Assembly: GCA_036261265.1 (NCBI GenBank)
Contig: DATALC010000054.1
Coordinates: 61,884 to 125,883, forward strand
Source: Bacteroidales bacterium
Lineage (GTDB): Bacteria; Bacteroidota; Bacteroidia; Bacteroidales; VadinHA17
Direction of reading: 5' to 3'
DNA: 64,000 bases
Part shown: positions 39,651 to 49,126 of the stretch, piece by piece
Layout: each line of letters starts with the position of its first letter
Numbering within the stretch: the first letter of the stretch is position 1
Made by a program: the position numbers and the translations under genes
Notes under the pieces: model-generated
What the model was told of the DNA's origin: nothing
Databases searched by the model: none
Seen by the model: the letters and a program-made list of their open reading frames with translations, nothing else

Positions 39651-40430
39651 TTACTTAAGCGTAAATGTAATTGGTACCATGTACCACACAGGAACTGGTT
39701 TTCCACCCTGTTTACCGGGTTTGAACGGAGGTAATGTCTGAACCACTCTTATGGCCTCGGCATCAAGTTCCGGGTCAACGCCCTTGAGAACACTAACCTG
39801 GCTTACACCGCCTTTTGCAGTAACGCAGAATCTAACGATTACCCTTCCCTGGATGTTGTTTTCTTTAGCAACTTCAGGATACTGGGTGTTTTCTCCGATA
39901 TACTTCAGAAGGGCGACGTCACCGCCGGGGAACATTGGCATTTCCTCAACAACCACGAAGGGAACTTCCTCAGGTTCTTCTTCCTGAACTTCTTCCTTCA
40001 CTTCGACAGGAATGTCAACAACTTCAGTGTTCTGAACAACTTCCTCAGCTTCATCAGCAGTCATAAGTTGAACTTCCTCCTCAGGTTTTACTGAGTCTAC
40101 AACAACCGGTGGAACATATCTTGCCTGCTGTACAACGTCTGATGGAGGAGGTGGAGGAGGTGGAGGAGGAGCAACCTGTTCAACAGGAGCATCCATTGCT
40201 TCCATCTTGATCTCAACAGTTCTCTCAGCGCGTTTCCTGCTGTTTTCTGTAGCTTTTGCATTCAGGTATGGCCCGATTATAAGCGAAGCTACAATGATTG
40301 AACCAATTAAAAGAGCAAGTATTACAGTAGGTCTGTATTTTTTACGAATTGCGTAGGCCCCGTATTCCTTATTCCTGTTTGCGAACACTATGTCGTCAAA
40401 CTTCGGTGCATTAATTTTATCTTTTGCCAT
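39651..40430 (-). CDS. tonB: Energy transducer TonB
   Basis: 259 aa. It has an N-terminal TM anchor, a PPPPPPPPP run followed by an acidic E/V-rich spacer, and a C-terminal TonB_C domain (GRVIVRF.V...G.V..V.VLKGV...LD.EA.RVV). Confidence 0.9.
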   Translation of the reverse strand: MAKDKINAPKFDDIVFANRNKEYGAYAIRKKYRPTVILALLIGSIIVASLIIGPYLNAKATENSRKRAERTVEIKMEAMDAPVEQVAPPPPPPPPPSDVVQQARYVPPVVVDSVKPEEEVQLMTADEAEEVVQNTEVVDIPVEVKEEVQEEEPEEVPFVVVEEMPMFPGGDVALLKYIGENTQYPEVAKENNIQGRVIVRFCVTAKGGVSQVSVLKGVDPELDAEAIRVVQTLPPFKPGKQGGKPVPVWYMVPITFTLK

Positions 40431-40447
40431 CTCTCTACGGTTTACGG

Positions 40448-41131
40448 TTAATTGGCAGAGGCGCCAGGTTGTGCGGCAGCAGGAGTAATACCAGCTTGTC
40501 TCTCAACCATTTTTTCCTCGTACCAGGCAATGTCAACAAACGTATAACGTGCAATTCCGCATATTGTCATCTCATCGAGAATGTCAACGAAGTTGCCGTA
40601 TTTGGCTTCTTTGTAAGCCTTAATAAGTACTATTGGACCTGTATCATCATCTCTCTTCATTCTCGAAACATTAGAATCGACTGAATCCTGATTGAGGGTC
40701 CCGTATGTACCTTTCTTAACTTCTTCCTTATATTCAGCAATTTTTCTGAACAATGCCCTGTTTCTTTCCAGAAGCATATATCTTATTCCGCTTTGTCCGT
40801 CGCTAAAGTCAAGTTCCTGCATAGGAGGGAGGTTATTGAAATCTTCAACTCTTCCAGGATAATAATAGACTTTGTTATTCGGACCAATAATGAGATTTAA
40901 GGTACGGCTTGCCGAGATACGTGGAGCCTCCTGTTTTGTAGGATCCTTAATTTTCTCGGGAAGATTGATCTCCATTATTTTCGACTTATTGAAAGCGGTA
41001 GTAAGCATGAAGAAGGTGATCAGCAGACACATCAGGTCAACCATCGGTGTCATATCAATGTGCGGCGGATGCTTCTTAGCTTTTTTCTTTTCACCCTTAC
41101 CGGCTTTTTCTTCTTGAATTATTTCTGCCAT
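40448..41131 (-). CDS. exbD: ExbD/TolR-family biopolymer transport protein (long form, 227 aa)
   Basis: Has the DMTPMVDL motif plus a TM helix, and an extended periplasmic region. Confidence 0.85.
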   Translation of the reverse strand: MAEIIQEEKAGKGEKKKAKKHPPHIDMTPMVDLMCLLITFFMLTTAFNKSKIMEINLPEKIKDPTKQEAPRISASRTLNLIIGPNNKVYYYPGRVEDFNNLPPMQELDFSDGQSGIRYMLLERNRALFRKIAEYKEEVKKGTYGTLNQDSVDSNVSRMKRDDDTGPIVLIKAYKEAKYGNFVDILDEMTICGIARYTFVDIAWYEEKMVERQAGITPAAAQPGASAN

Positions 41132-41132
41132 A

Positions 41133-41771
41133 TCACTTCTGTATTTCTTCCAGGTTTATCTTAGCAGCCTCAAGACTCGTGATAAGATTGAACTTATTCA
41201 CATTCTTGTCCTGCATTATATCAAGAACTTTCTTTACAAGCGGGAAACCTGTTTTGGCATCTCCTTTAATTACGGCATTTATGTTCGGATTCACCTTACG
41301 TGCAAACAGAATCCAGTCTGCAAGCTGATTATTCAGTGAATCTATTGGAATACCTACCTGCATTTCATCTCTTTCAGCGTTGTTCTTTGTATCAAGAAAG
41401 GCCTTCATATTTTCGATCGGTACACCAATTGAGGATTTGTATACCTCAAACTGCCTCAATTCAGCTTCAGTGAACTGGATGTTATATCTTGCACCCATCT
41501 CTGTAAGAATTTTAGGTCTGAATTTGAGCAGTGTATCAGGACCGTTATCAAAATTTATGAAAACCTTGTCGTCTGGAGAGAGCAGCAATGTAAATGTATT
41601 GAAGTCGTATGTTGGTTTCTCCGATATTGAAAAAGGCGTATCAACATTAGCCGGTTCAGGCTGTCTCATCGTAGTGGTGAGCAGAAGAAAGATCAGCAGC
41701 ACCGAGAAGAGGTCAACCATTGGCGTCATGTCGATCCTTGGCTGTTTTGTTGGTAATTTAATCTTTGGCAT
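41133..41771 (-). CDS. exbD: ExbD/TolR-family biopolymer transport protein (paralog, 212 aa)
   Basis: Has the DMTPMVDL motif plus a TM helix. There is a 1-nt gap to the next exbD. Confidence 0.85.
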   Translation of the reverse strand: MPKIKLPTKQPRIDMTPMVDLFSVLLIFLLLTTTMRQPEPANVDTPFSISEKPTYDFNTFTLLLSPDDKVFINFDNGPDTLLKFRPKILTEMGARYNIQFTEAELRQFEVYKSSIGVPIENMKAFLDTKNNAERDEMQVGIPIDSLNNQLADWILFARKVNPNINAVIKGDAKTGFPLVKKVLDIMQDKNVNKFNLITSLEAAKINLEEIQK

Positions 41772-41809
41772 CTCTTAAATTTATTAAAGAATTCAACCAA
41801 CAATCCATA

Positions 41810-42625
41810 TTAGCTCTTCAGTGAAGCAGCGAAGTTCTGTGTCAGACTGAAACCTGCTTCATCAATCTTAAATGTATAAGCGTCGATTGTTGATGAGAAA
41901 TAGTTAAATGCAATAATTGACAGGGTAGAACCTGTGATACCGAATGCTGTATTAACAAGAGCTTCGGAAATACCCTGAGAAAGTGCGAGAGCATCGGGAG
42001 CACCTGACTGAGCAAGAGCAGCGAATGCACGGATCATACCAAGCACTGTACCGATAAGACCGATAAGCACTGAAATTGAAGCAAGTGTTGAGAAAATTAC
42101 CATGTTCTTTGAAAGCATCGGCAGCTCGAGAGCTGTAGCTTCTGTGAATGCTGTCTGGATTGACAGAATTTTCTGGTCTTTCTCAAGTGTTGTATCTTTC
42201 TGAAGATCACGATAACGGATGAGACCTGCTTTCATTACGTTTGCGAGTGAACCTCTCTGCTTGTCGCAAGCTTCGATAGCTTCTTCAATCTTGTCCTGCT
42301 GCAGAAGACTCTGAAGTCTGCTGACGAATGAATTTAATCTGCCTTTTCCTTTAGCTCTTGAAAGCGTGATAGCCCTTTCGAAAACGAAAATAATAAGACT
42401 AAGAACGCATGTCATGAGGATAGGCACAATACTTCCTCCTTTGTAGATAATACCAAGGTAATTACCTTCCAATGCACGGCCTTCAGGATTGCCGCCTTCG
42501 AAGTTAATTGGATTACCCATGATAGTCTCGAACAAAATATAGGAAACTATAAACGCTACTACAATAGCACCAGTTGCAAAAACGTTCTGCAACGCATCTT
42601 TGAAAGCACTTCCTTGTTTACTCAT
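41810..42625 (-). CDS. exbB: MotA/TolQ/ExbB proton channel protein
   Basis: 271 aa with three TM helices and the conserved C-terminal segment LIGTVLGMI.AF...A......AL..GISEAL..TA.G. Confidence 0.9.
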   Translation of the reverse strand: MSKQGSAFKDALQNVFATGAIVVAFIVSYILFETIMGNPINFEGGNPEGRALEGNYLGIIYKGGSIVPILMTCVLSLIIFVFERAITLSRAKGKGRLNSFVSRLQSLLQQDKIEEAIEACDKQRGSLANVMKAGLIRYRDLQKDTTLEKDQKILSIQTAFTEATALELPMLSKNMVIFSTLASISVLIGLIGTVLGMIRAFAALAQSGAPDALALSQGISEALVNTAFGITGSTLSIIAFNYFSSTIDAYTFKIDEAGFSLTQNFAASLKS

Positions 42626-42665
42626 TTCTATTAGTTTGTTTAGGTTTAAGATTTTTAATGATTTG

Positions 42666-42673
42666 CAAATATA
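42666..42673 (-). promoter_or_regulatory. Candidate -7 box TATATTTG for exbB-exbD-exbD-tonB
   Basis: Minus-strand TATATTTG, 40 nt upstream of the exbB ATG. Confidence 0.45.
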
Positions 42674-42753
42674 AATGTTGTTAAGTTTATTTCATCTATA
42701 CAATATTCATTTTTTTTTACACTTTTTTCCTTTTAAGAGTCTTTTGTAAAAGG

Positions 42754-45000
42754 TTATTGTTCAAGTGTTATGGGATAAGTTCTGGATTTTGTAATGGGTA
42801 TTTCAACAGTCTTATATCCCTTGGCGCTGACTATAAGTGTTTCGGAACTCTGTGGAATTTCAAACTTGAATTCTCCCTTGGCATTTGTGAGGTTTTCAGC
42901 AGCTGTATCCTTTACCCTGATCGAAGCGAATGCAATCGGTTCGCCTGCTCCGTTCTTTACAGTTCCCTTGATTTCATTCGGGTTAATCCCTTTCTTGATC
43001 TGGGCTTCGAATTCACGAACGTAATTCAGCTGTGATTTTGCATAATTATTATTCGGATCAAGAGCCAGTACCTTGTTATAAGATTCTGTAGCACGCTGCA
43101 GGTATGGAAGCCTGCCTTCATTTGTTTTTTCGGTCTTTGTAGCCTGAAGTTCAAGTGATCCAAGGCTGTTATATCCCCTGACCTTTACATCCTTGTTGTC
43201 AGAAAGATTAACTAACCTGTTATAGTATTCTTTAGCCTGCCCGAAATTATCATGAGACATGTAGTAATAACCAAGATAAGTAATAGCATCAATCATAGCT
43301 GATGAGTTGGCAACTGAGTCCTTTGCAGCAACCTGAAGAACTTTATCGAATTTAGGTTTTGCAAGTCCAAGGCTACCGTCAGCATCCATTTTCGAATATG
43401 TATTTGCTATCCAGAGATATGCAGGTACATAATCGGGGTGTGATTTGGTTATTGCAGTGAAAACAGAATCTGCAGCTTTGTAATTCTCACCAGTGTAGTA
43501 TGTTCTTCCTATTCGCATCAGCTCATCAAGATTCTCTTTTGATGGATCAAGAAGCTTTGCATAAATTCTTGCTGCATCGCTGTATCTTCTGAATGAGTAG
43601 TATTGATTACCCATTTCATTGAGAATTGCCCTGTCGTTTGGTCTGTATTCAAGAACCTTGTTATATGCAACAAATGCTTTATCAATTTCCTGGTTAGCCT
43701 GCTGAACCTGTTTCTCAACATCGGCGATTTTATTCTCTAAATCGGCCATGCCGGCTTTGATTTTAGCTTTTTCTGCTGCAGATGCCGTAGATGATCTTCC
43801 CTTTTCCTTTTCAAGCTGTTGCTTAAGTGTATTAAGCTCTTCATTCAGCTTTGAATAACCTGCATTCCTTTTAACATAGATTCTTGCCAGGTAAAGATAA
43901 TCTTTCCATAAAATTCGATCAGGCGAGACTGTTTCAAAAAGCTTTTCCATGTAGGCGAGAGCCTGGTTATAATCGGGAGGGTTTTTTTCGTATGATGAAT
44001 ACCCTGCAATACGGTTCATGTATGCTCTTGACTGATCAACTTTGAAGATTTCTTCAACATTCTTTATAACACCTTCGTAATCTTTTGCGTAAAAGAGGGC
44101 ATTGACGTATCTTATTTTAGCAGGGATGTTACCTGCAGTAAGCTGAAGGTATTTTTCAAAATATGTTTTTGCCTGTTCGAATCTTTGTGCAAGAAGGTAC
44201 ACCTGACCAAGTTCACGGTAAGCCGGAGCATAGTTTTCATTCAGGTTTATGGCCTCCTCGAAAGATGAAATTGCAGGTTGCCATGCTCTTCCTTTGACGT
44301 AAATATTACCGATCTTCATTGCAGCGGTAGGAGAGGTAGGATCAGCCATCTGTGCCTGATTGTACATCGCAATTGCAGGTGTTCCTGCGTTCTTCAGGAT
44401 AAATATATCACCACCAATAAGGTAAATATCCGGATTCTTGTTGTCGATCATTATTGCTTCCCGGATTAGCGGAAGGGCTTTTGAAGTATCGACAGTTGCT
44501 TTCGAATTATCAATATATGATTCTGCAACTTTTGCAAGAACAAAGGCATATTCCGGTGCCGGCGGAACCATTTTCTTGCTGACCTTTTTATATGGCATCA
44601 GGAAACTTCTTGCCTTTGTCCGCATCTCATCTGCTGTTTTATCATCATTCTGAATAAGAGCTACTTTTGCGAGACCTACATAGTTAAGAGGTTCATTTGC
44701 ATTTGCCTCAACACCTTTCTGATACATATTCTTTGCATCCCTGGCTGCAACTTCAAGCGAATTTGATATTGTATCAGAATAATAATCGGCAATTATATTT
44801 TCACCGAGGTAAAAATAATTTTTCCCGTTTGCCGGCTCTTTTTTGATTAGATCCTGAAGCATAGCAGCAGCCTGATCATACTGTTCGCTCCTGGTCAGAG
44901 ATATTGCTGACTTCAGATCCTGCGCTTTCAGAACCTGTTTTGGCGAGAAGGCTATCAACGCTATCAGCAATATAGCCGGACTGAATTTTACACGTTTCAT
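42754..45000 (-). CDS. Secreted TPR-repeat protein with a C-terminal carboxypeptidase-regulatory-like domain
   Basis: 748 aa. It has a signal peptide (MKRVKFSPAILLIALIAFSPKQVLKA), many TPR-like units, a coiled-coil stretch, and a C-terminal IKGTVKN..GEPIAFASIRVK....TNAKGEFKF......L.VSAKGYK (CarboxypepD_reg-like). Confidence 0.75.
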   Translation of the reverse strand: MKRVKFSPAILLIALIAFSPKQVLKAQDLKSAISLTRSEQYDQAAAMLQDLIKKEPANGKNYFYLGENIIADYYSDTISNSLEVAARDAKNMYQKGVEANANEPLNYVGLAKVALIQNDDKTADEMRTKARSFLMPYKKVSKKMVPPAPEYAFVLAKVAESYIDNSKATVDTSKALPLIREAIMIDNKNPDIYLIGGDIFILKNAGTPAIAMYNQAQMADPTSPTAAMKIGNIYVKGRAWQPAISSFEEAINLNENYAPAYRELGQVYLLAQRFEQAKTYFEKYLQLTAGNIPAKIRYVNALFYAKDYEGVIKNVEEIFKVDQSRAYMNRIAGYSSYEKNPPDYNQALAYMEKLFETVSPDRILWKDYLYLARIYVKRNAGYSKLNEELNTLKQQLEKEKGRSSTASAAEKAKIKAGMADLENKIADVEKQVQQANQEIDKAFVAYNKVLEYRPNDRAILNEMGNQYYSFRRYSDAARIYAKLLDPSKENLDELMRIGRTYYTGENYKAADSVFTAITKSHPDYVPAYLWIANTYSKMDADGSLGLAKPKFDKVLQVAAKDSVANSSAMIDAITYLGYYYMSHDNFGQAKEYYNRLVNLSDNKDVKVRGYNSLGSLELQATKTEKTNEGRLPYLQRATESYNKVLALDPNNNYAKSQLNYVREFEAQIKKGINPNEIKGTVKNGAGEPIAFASIRVKDTAAENLTNAKGEFKFEIPQSSETLIVSAKGYKTVEIPITKSRTYPITLEQ

Positions 45001-45079
45001 AATTTCTCCTGAATTTTGGTTGTGTTATGTTAATTTATGTGATTTGTTCATTAAATTTGAATAAAGAGGATCCGGACAT

Positions 45080-46135
45080 TCATTCCTGTTTTACCTGAAC
45101 AAGTCTTATCGGCATTGTAGCCGGTACAAGACCGGACTTTAATACTATCTTCTGACCTTGTTCTGCACAAAGCCAGTTAATAAATCCTGATCCAAGACCG
45201 GCAAATGTTTCTCTTGAAATAAGGTATACATCCCTTACAAAAGGATATTCCTTGTTATAAATCGAACCCTGTAATGGACGGTAATAATACCCGTCATCAA
45301 GGAACTGATGAGAAACTGCGACTATATTCACTTTGTTCAGGTACTCCCTGGCAGTGGAATCATCCTTGTCACTTATCCAGTTCACACTTATAATACCGAG
45401 TGCATCTTCATTTCTTGACACAAAATTAATAACTTCCGGATTACTGTTAACAGCAAAAAAGTTGCTTCCAAGTGAATCAGTTTCGAAAAGTTCCTTGAAA
45501 TAGCGTATGTTTCCCGATTTATTATTATCAAAGATAACACGTATATCACCAAGCTTTGATTTTTGACTGATTTGTTGCCATTTAGTTATTTTGCCCTGAA
45601 AAATGTCCTTAATTGTGTTATATTTAAGAAGGCTGTCAGAATTATTCTTGTTAGTCACAAGAGCAAGGGCATCATAAGCAAATGTGGTTGTACGTGCTAT
45701 AATCTGGGAATCGCGGAGATATTGCACCTGATAATCAGTTAATTTCTTGCTTGAAACAATCACCTTTACAGAATCATTCATGAAATCATTTATCACATCT
45801 ACTTCAGGTTCATATTGAGCTGTTACGCTTGCTGAAGTATACAGATGGGTAAATGTGAATATCTCAGCTTCTATTATGGGTTGAAATGATTCATCAACAG
45901 AAATCCTGATCTTCCCTCTTGTTGGAGTCTCATTCAATGGCCTTTTGCCCATCTGATTACAGGAACAAGCCATCACCATAATAAATGTAAACGGTAAAAT
46001 AATGAATCTCAGTTGCCTGATCGCCGTGGTCACTTTTCTTCTTTTGAATGAATTTTTATTACCGCTCGCAATAATAATAAAATTTTGGATAAGTCGTACT
46101 CTGTTCATTTTCTTGGAATTTGACTCGTTTAACAT
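45080..46135 (-). CDS. PstS-like periplasmic substrate-binding (PBP) lipoprotein
   Basis: Has a lipobox-like FIMVMAC followed by a type-2 PBP fold by eye (IRISVDESF.P......F, GSGF.NW). The true start may be Met10 (46108). Confidence 0.6.
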   Translation of the reverse strand: MLNESNSKKMNRVRLIQNFIIIASGNKNSFKRRKVTTAIRQLRFIILPFTFIMVMACSCNQMGKRPLNETPTRGKIRISVDESFQPIIEAEIFTFTHLYTSASVTAQYEPEVDVINDFMNDSVKVIVSSKKLTDYQVQYLRDSQIIARTTTFAYDALALVTNKNNSDSLLKYNTIKDIFQGKITKWQQISQKSKLGDIRVIFDNNKSGNIRYFKELFETDSLGSNFFAVNSNPEVINFVSRNEDALGIISVNWISDKDDSTAREYLNKVNIVAVSHQFLDDGYYYRPLQGSIYNKEYPFVRDVYLISRETFAGLGSGFINWLCAEQGQKIVLKSGLVPATMPIRLVQVKQE

Positions 46136-46197
46136 CTTCTGTTAAAATTACAGCAAAGCTTGTGCCACATGAAGACCTTACCCTCAGCAACTTATCA

Positions 46198-46467
46198 TCA
46201 CCGACCTATACGACCGTTACGATTGTTGTTTTCCCTGTCACTATCATCATATTTTGTGAAAAATGCCTCCCGGATTTTTTCAAATGACCTGAATGCCCTG
46301 TAAATTCCATAGAACAAAAATGTGGAACCAAGTATTACTCTCACAGCTTTATCAATTGTGCTTCTATCGGCATACCAGATAAAAAATATGCCGATCCCCA
46401 CATAGAAAAATACCATGAATGTCGAAAAAATTGCCGTAACCTGCTGCATTAACCTGCTTTCATTCAT
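46198..46467 (-). CDS. Small membrane protein (89 aa, two TM helices)
   Basis: ATG ORF with two clear hydrophobic segments and a basic tail. A candidate -7 box lies upstream. Confidence 0.5.
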   Translation of the reverse strand: MNESRLMQQVTAIFSTFMVFFYVGIGIFFIWYADRSTIDKAVRVILGSTFLFYGIYRAFRSFEKIREAFFTKYDDSDRENNNRNGRIGR

Positions 46468-46540
46468 AATGATGATTTGCTTTAAATCTGATCTAATTTT
46501 TGACTCGACTAAATAAATAAAAAGACAACTATATTCAATA

Positions 46541-46548
46541 CAAATATA
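46541..46548 (-). promoter_or_regulatory. Candidate -7 box TATATTTG upstream of the small membrane protein gene
   Basis: Minus-strand TATATTTG, 73 nt upstream of the ATG at 46467. Confidence 0.35.
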
Positions 46549-46603
46549 AACTAAATATTTCGTTATGTCAAAAATATTTCAAATAGTATCTGATAGCCAA
46601 CTT

Positions 46604-47818
46604 TCAGGGAAATAATAGTGAACTGTCTCCATAGCTAAGGAACCTGAAATTATTCTCAAGGGCATAAGAGTATGCTTCCTTCCATCTATCACCAATCCAT
46701 GCAGATACAAGTAACAGGAGAGTGCTGCGAGGTTGATGAAAATTAGTGATAATCCCGTTTACAACTCTGTATTTATAGCCGGGTATTATCATTATTCCTG
46801 TGGAAGCATACAAAGATAATACTTTTTTCTCTTTCATCATCAATAAAATCGCATTAAGTGCTTCATTAGCGGGAATTTCCGTTTTGATTTTATATGCGTC
46901 CCATTGCCCGAGAATAAGTTTTGAACAATCGCCCTGAGATTTGTTGATAAGTTTTATTCCAAGCCAGTAAAGGCTCTCAATAGTTCTTACTGATGTCGTC
47001 CCAACGGCAATTATCTTTCCTTCATTGGCAACCAGGCTTTTAACAGTATCTTGTGTTACTAAAAAATGCTCATAATGCATCTTATGATCCGTTGCATTTT
47101 TAACTTTAACAGGTTGAAAGGTTCCTGCACCTACATGCAACGTCAGTTCAGTCATCTTTATTCCATTATCCTTAAGATTCTCCAAAACATTTGAAGTAAA
47201 ATGCAAACCTGCGGTTGGTGCAGCTACTGAACCTTCCATCCTTGAATAAACTGTCTGATATCTGTCGGCATCCAAAGTTTCGTCGGGTCTTTCTATGTAA
47301 GGAGGAAGCGGAATATGTCCTGCTGCCTCAAGTACTTCTGCAAACGAAATACATGAGTCCCATGTAAATCTGATAATCCATGTTTCTCCATCGCCTTGTT
47401 TTGTCTTTTCAGCTTCAAGGTATCTTGTTGCCCCATTATGGACGAAGCTTGTCCTGATTATCCCCTTCTTCCATTTCTTAAGATTTCCTATTATGCATTT
47501 CCATTCAACAGGACTTGATGATCTGAACGACATTTCATATCCGGATGGAACTTCAGGTTCAAGACAAAACACCTCAATTTTTGCTCCTGTATCTTTTCCG
47601 AAAAGTAATCTTGCTTTTACTACTTTGGAATTATTAAAGACAAGCAACGATTTATCGGGCAAATACTTGTCAATATTAGAGAATAGATCCTGGCTTATCT
47701 CACCTTTTTTCATGACAAGAAGCCTCGAAGAATCGCGTCTCTCAACCGGGTATTGAGCAATCCTTTCATCAGGAAGATTATAATCGTAATCATCAATATT
47801 AATATGGCTTTCAAACAT
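46604..47818 (-). CDS. queA: S-adenosylmethionine:tRNA ribosyltransferase-isomerase
   Basis: Has DYDY.LP.E.IAQ.P, PLPPYI, YQTVY....GSVAAPTAGLHF, GTTSVR.IES and NFHQPRSTLL.LVSA. Start set to the ATG at 47818. The track's start at 47857 is a TTG inside a -7 box. Confidence 0.92.
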   Translation of the reverse strand: MFESHINIDDYDYNLPDERIAQYPVERRDSSRLLVMKKGEISQDLFSNIDKYLPDKSLLVFNNSKVVKARLLFGKDTGAKIEVFCLEPEVPSGYEMSFRSSSPVEWKCIIGNLKKWKKGIIRTSFVHNGATRYLEAEKTKQGDGETWIIRFTWDSCISFAEVLEAAGHIPLPPYIERPDETLDADRYQTVYSRMEGSVAAPTAGLHFTSNVLENLKDNGIKMTELTLHVGAGTFQPVKVKNATDHKMHYEHFLVTQDTVKSLVANEGKIIAVGTTSVRTIESLYWLGIKLINKSQGDCSKLILGQWDAYKIKTEIPANEALNAILLMMKEKKVLSLYASTGIMIIPGYKYRVVNGIITNFHQPRSTLLLLVSAWIGDRWKEAYSYALENNFRFLSYGDSSLLFP

Positions 47819-47854
47819 TCTTGATATGTTTACATTAAGTACAGTAATAAGCCG

Positions 47855-47862
47855 CAAAATTA
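47855..47862 (-). promoter_or_regulatory. Candidate -7 box TAATTTTG for queA
   Basis: Minus-strand TAATTTTG, 36 nt upstream of the ATG at 47818. Confidence 0.45.
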
Positions 47863-47898
47863 CTCAATATTCTTTCATGCGGACTTTACGGATTTTTG

Positions 47899-47906
47899 TA
47901 ACTTTG
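47899..47906 (+). promoter_or_regulatory. Candidate -7 box TAACTTTG for the RNase P RNA gene
   Basis: Matches TAnnTTTG and ends 4 nt before the inferred rnpB 5' end (start of the P1 helix). Confidence 0.55.
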
Positions 47907-47910
47907 CGGC

Positions 47911-48309
47911 GCAGCGGGTTGTTCCATCGTCCCTGAATTTATCAGGGAAGGAAAGTCCGGGCAACACAGGGCACCATACTTCCTAACGGGAAGATATCCG
48001 CGAGGGTATAGTAGTGTAACAGAAAATAACCGTCAGCCGGATTGACAAAGGGAAACCTCGTCAGATTCGGCTGATAAGGGTGAAAAGGTGAGGTAAGAGC
48101 TTACCGGGTCCTGTAGCGATACAGGAAGCCGTACACCTTCTGGGTTGAAAGACCATGTATACCGGCGTTTGAGGGCTGCCCGCCCGATGCCGGGGGGTAG
48201 GTCGTATGATCCTGCCAGTGATGACAGGACAAGATAAATGATGGAAACGGTTCAATTTTCTTTTAAAGAAGCCTGAACCTCGACAGAACCCGGCTTACAG
48301 ACCAGCTGC
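47911..48309 (+). ncRNA. rnpB: RNase P RNA, bacterial class A
   Basis: Universally conserved blocks are present: GGAAAGTCCGGGC, ACAGAAA, AGGGTGAAA, GGTAAGAGC and ACAGAACCCGGCTTA. The 5' GCAGCGGGT pairs with the 3' ACCAGCTGC (P1). It has its own -7 box and a terminator immediately downstream. The ends are approximate, within a few nt. Confidence 0.92.
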
Positions 48310-48311
48310 AT

Positions 48312-48345
48312 AAAAAACGCGGAACATAAAATTCCGCGTTTTTTT
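48312..48345. terminator. Intrinsic terminator after rnpB (bidirectional design)
   Basis: aaaaaa cgcggaa cataaaa ttccgcg ttttttt. Confidence 0.8.
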
Positions 48346-48378
48346 CTACATCCCGGGTCCGGCATCTATCTGGTACCC

Positions 48379-48406
48379 AGCATCCAGCACCAAGCATCCA
48401 GCACCT
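48379..48406. repeat. 14-nt direct repeat x2 (AGCATCCAGCACCW)
   Basis: Read directly. The second copy overlaps the stop codon (TAG at 48407..48405) of the minus-strand gene by one nucleotide. Confidence 0.9.
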
Positions 48407-49106
48407 ATTTTATTGTAAAAATACTGTCTTCCATAGGCACATTCACTTCAATCTTGTCGAACACCATCACAATATCCATACCCTGGGTTGAAGAGCTTGT
48501 TTTCATTGGAAAAATCAGTCCATTAATTTCTTTATAATCCGATGGGTATGAATCCACAACCATGTCCATCCCATTCTGGTTCACAGTTGCAGTTGTCTTT
48601 GCAAGAAGATATGTTTCTTTATCGATAAACATAACTGATGAATTCACACCACTTATATCGGCTTTAATCTTAAAAGCAGGTTTATTATTCACATTTTCTT
48701 CGCCAAGAAGCGTGAGCTTTCCATCCTTGTGATAATCAGCAAGAGTATTCCGGAACATATTGTTATTCTGAACCTGCTTTGCTTCATCGGCAGACATCTC
48801 AACTGGTGTTGTGGATCCGGTCATGGGATTGATCGTATATCCCTTTGTTCCGTCAAAAGCGGTGACCATTTCCTGTCCGTTGAAATTTGTAACTGTTTTG
48901 ATCTTGTCGGGATTCTTCATCCACATCTCCATAGGTATGTCCATACCCATCATTGACATCCTCGCGGATATTTTAATTGTTGATAGTTCTGCAATCTTGT
49001 CATACCTGTTCGCTTCGCCGAATTTTTTTACAATTTCATCAAGCGACTGTGCATTGAGAACAGCAACAACAAGAAGACCTGTAACAATAGTTAGGATTTT
49101 TTTCAT
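48405..49106 (-). CDS. Secreted LolA-like / outer-membrane lipoprotein-sorting-like protein
   Basis: 233 aa. It has a signal peptide (MKKILTIVTGLLVVAVLNAQS) and a Met-rich beta-rich sequence that resembles the LolA-like family. This is an assignment from memory, not a search. Confidence 0.5.
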   Translation of the reverse strand: MKKILTIVTGLLVVAVLNAQSLDEIVKKFGEANRYDKIAELSTIKISARMSMMGMDIPMEMWMKNPDKIKTVTNFNGQEMVTAFDGTKGYTINPMTGSTTPVEMSADEAKQVQNNNMFRNTLADYHKDGKLTLLGEENVNNKPAFKIKADISGVNSSVMFIDKETYLLAKTTATVNQNGMDMVVDSYPSDYKEINGLIFPMKTSSSTQGMDIVMVFDKIEVNVPMEDSIFTIK

Positions 49107-49126
49107 TTTGTGATTGTTTAAATTAA

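Noticed and set aside
48061-48255. Track ORF (64 aa) on the minus strand
   Set aside because: It lies entirely inside the RNase P RNA gene. Its Arg/Pro-rich sequence is a GC-rich artefact.
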